Positions 63,013-64,000 of a stretch of DNA of 64,000 nt are shown here, one piece after another (position 1 is the first letter of the stretch; every line of letters starts with the position of its first letter). The DNA is from Guillardia theta CCMP2712. Lineage: Eukaryota > Protista > Cryptophyta. The notes under the pieces were generated by a model that searched no databases, was not told the DNA's origin, and saw only the letters and a program-made list of their open reading frames with translations. The translations under genes and the position numbers were made by a program. Location: positions 587,139-651,138 of the forward strand of contig NW_005434658.1 of NCBI RefSeq assembly GCF_000315625.1, in the 5' to 3' direction.

Positions 63013-63321
63013 CTGGTCGAACCGAACACAAGTTTGAAGCTCAGTCGAGCCAAGAGGTACGATCCTGCCTGCTGGTCCCGTGAGCCTGTGAGTATGGTCC
63101 GATCGTTGGAAAACATCACCAGGAATGAAATGCGTTAGCTCAGATTTTAATGAATTCAATGAGGTAAAGAACTATCATTTCTCTGACTTCTCTCCACCAC
63201 TGTCCGCTCTTACTCCCATTCTGTCCAACCTCCTCCTTTCTCCGTTCTCCTCCCTCCGTCCTCAATCCTCCTACTCTTCCTCCCTCCCTCCTCCTGCTCT
63301 GGACTTTATCATCCCCTTCTT

Positions 63322-64000
63322 TCACATGGCGAACAATGTCAAGAAGTCACCCTCCTGCCCCCACATGGTACGCCTAGCTAGTCAAAGAATGGGGGAAGTG
63401 GGGTACTCGTGTGGGAAAGAGTGGGGTGGGGTAGAGGCAAGGGGGGGAATGTGTGGTTGTCAATCGCGTGACCGGAGGGTCCGTCCGCGCCCCGACGATG
63501 CAGGTTGGGCAAGGGAGGCGGAAGGAGGAGACGAGGGAGAGGAGGGAGAGGGGGAGACGGGGGAGGGAGTAGATAGCAAGAAGAAGATGGCGACAAGTTG
63601 AGAGGCGAGGCCAGGACTGGAGAGGAGAGCAGAGGAGGGAGAAGGGAAGGTGAAGTCAACAATGGTACTGGTACGACATGTTTGCTCTGGACAAAATAAA
63701 CCTCGCATCTGATAGCTGTGCTGACGCTGAGAGGTCTTCTGACTTGTGGTGATGATACAGATTGATTGATTGCACCTCCAAGAGAGCTTGTTCCTGCCGT
63801 CGTCTCTTTGATTTCCGCCTCTCCGACCGCCTGAGAGTTTGGAGCGCAACAGACTACTAGGCGACGAATTCTCCTACCCTTGACTTGTGAGCTATCGTCA
63901 TCCTATGCTGCTAATATGCTGCTCTGCGCTGAAATGATGCGGATGATAGCATATCACACATCTAGAACACCGAAAAGATGTCATTCATGACATCAAACAG
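63322..64000 (-). CDS. Possible 3' exons of a minus-strand gene extending beyond the window
   Basis: Short open segments are separated by minus-strand GT...AG-bounded pyrimidine-rich tracts. No recognisable domain. Confidence 0.25.

Noticed and set aside
1-64000. tRNA, rRNA, snRNA genes, transposase/RT/integrase or viral genes
   Set aside because: None were recognised by eye. A covariance-model scan (Infernal/tRNAscan-SE) would be needed to exclude small RNAs.

Overview
Gene-dense, intron-rich eukaryotic nuclear DNA. It has many ~40-60 nt GT-AG introns and some microsatellite-expanded ones, a ciliary dynein, and a protein with a secondary-plastid-type presequence. This is consistent with a flagellated alga with a complex red plastid, such as a cryptophyte (inference). 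About 17 protein genes can be reconstructed by eye: a PA28/REG-gamma proteasome activator, a DNAH1-like inner-arm dynein heavy chain, a Sel1-repeat protein, a BRCC36-like pseudo-MPN protein, a C2/Munc13-homology protein with an inserted MIB-HERC2 domain, a DHHC palmitoyltransferase whose DHHC exon is missed by the ORF track, an RCC1-repeat protein, an acyl-CoA-binding protein, a dynamin/NUGGC-like GTPase fused to pseudo-OTU and pseudo-PIN domains, an EB1-like CH + PDZ protein, an SVOP-like MFS transporter, Integrator subunit 1 with inserted PA and Tudor-like domains, a putative thylakoid protein, an FHA protein, a TPR-methyltransferase and a few unknowns. The best candidate for an undescribed system is the 1337-aa GTPase/pseudo-OTU/pseudo-PIN fusion at 31307-35367. 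No RNA genes, CRISPR arrays or autonomous transposons were recognised. All domain calls are manual motif recognition, not database searches. Gene ends are approximate where introns are involved.
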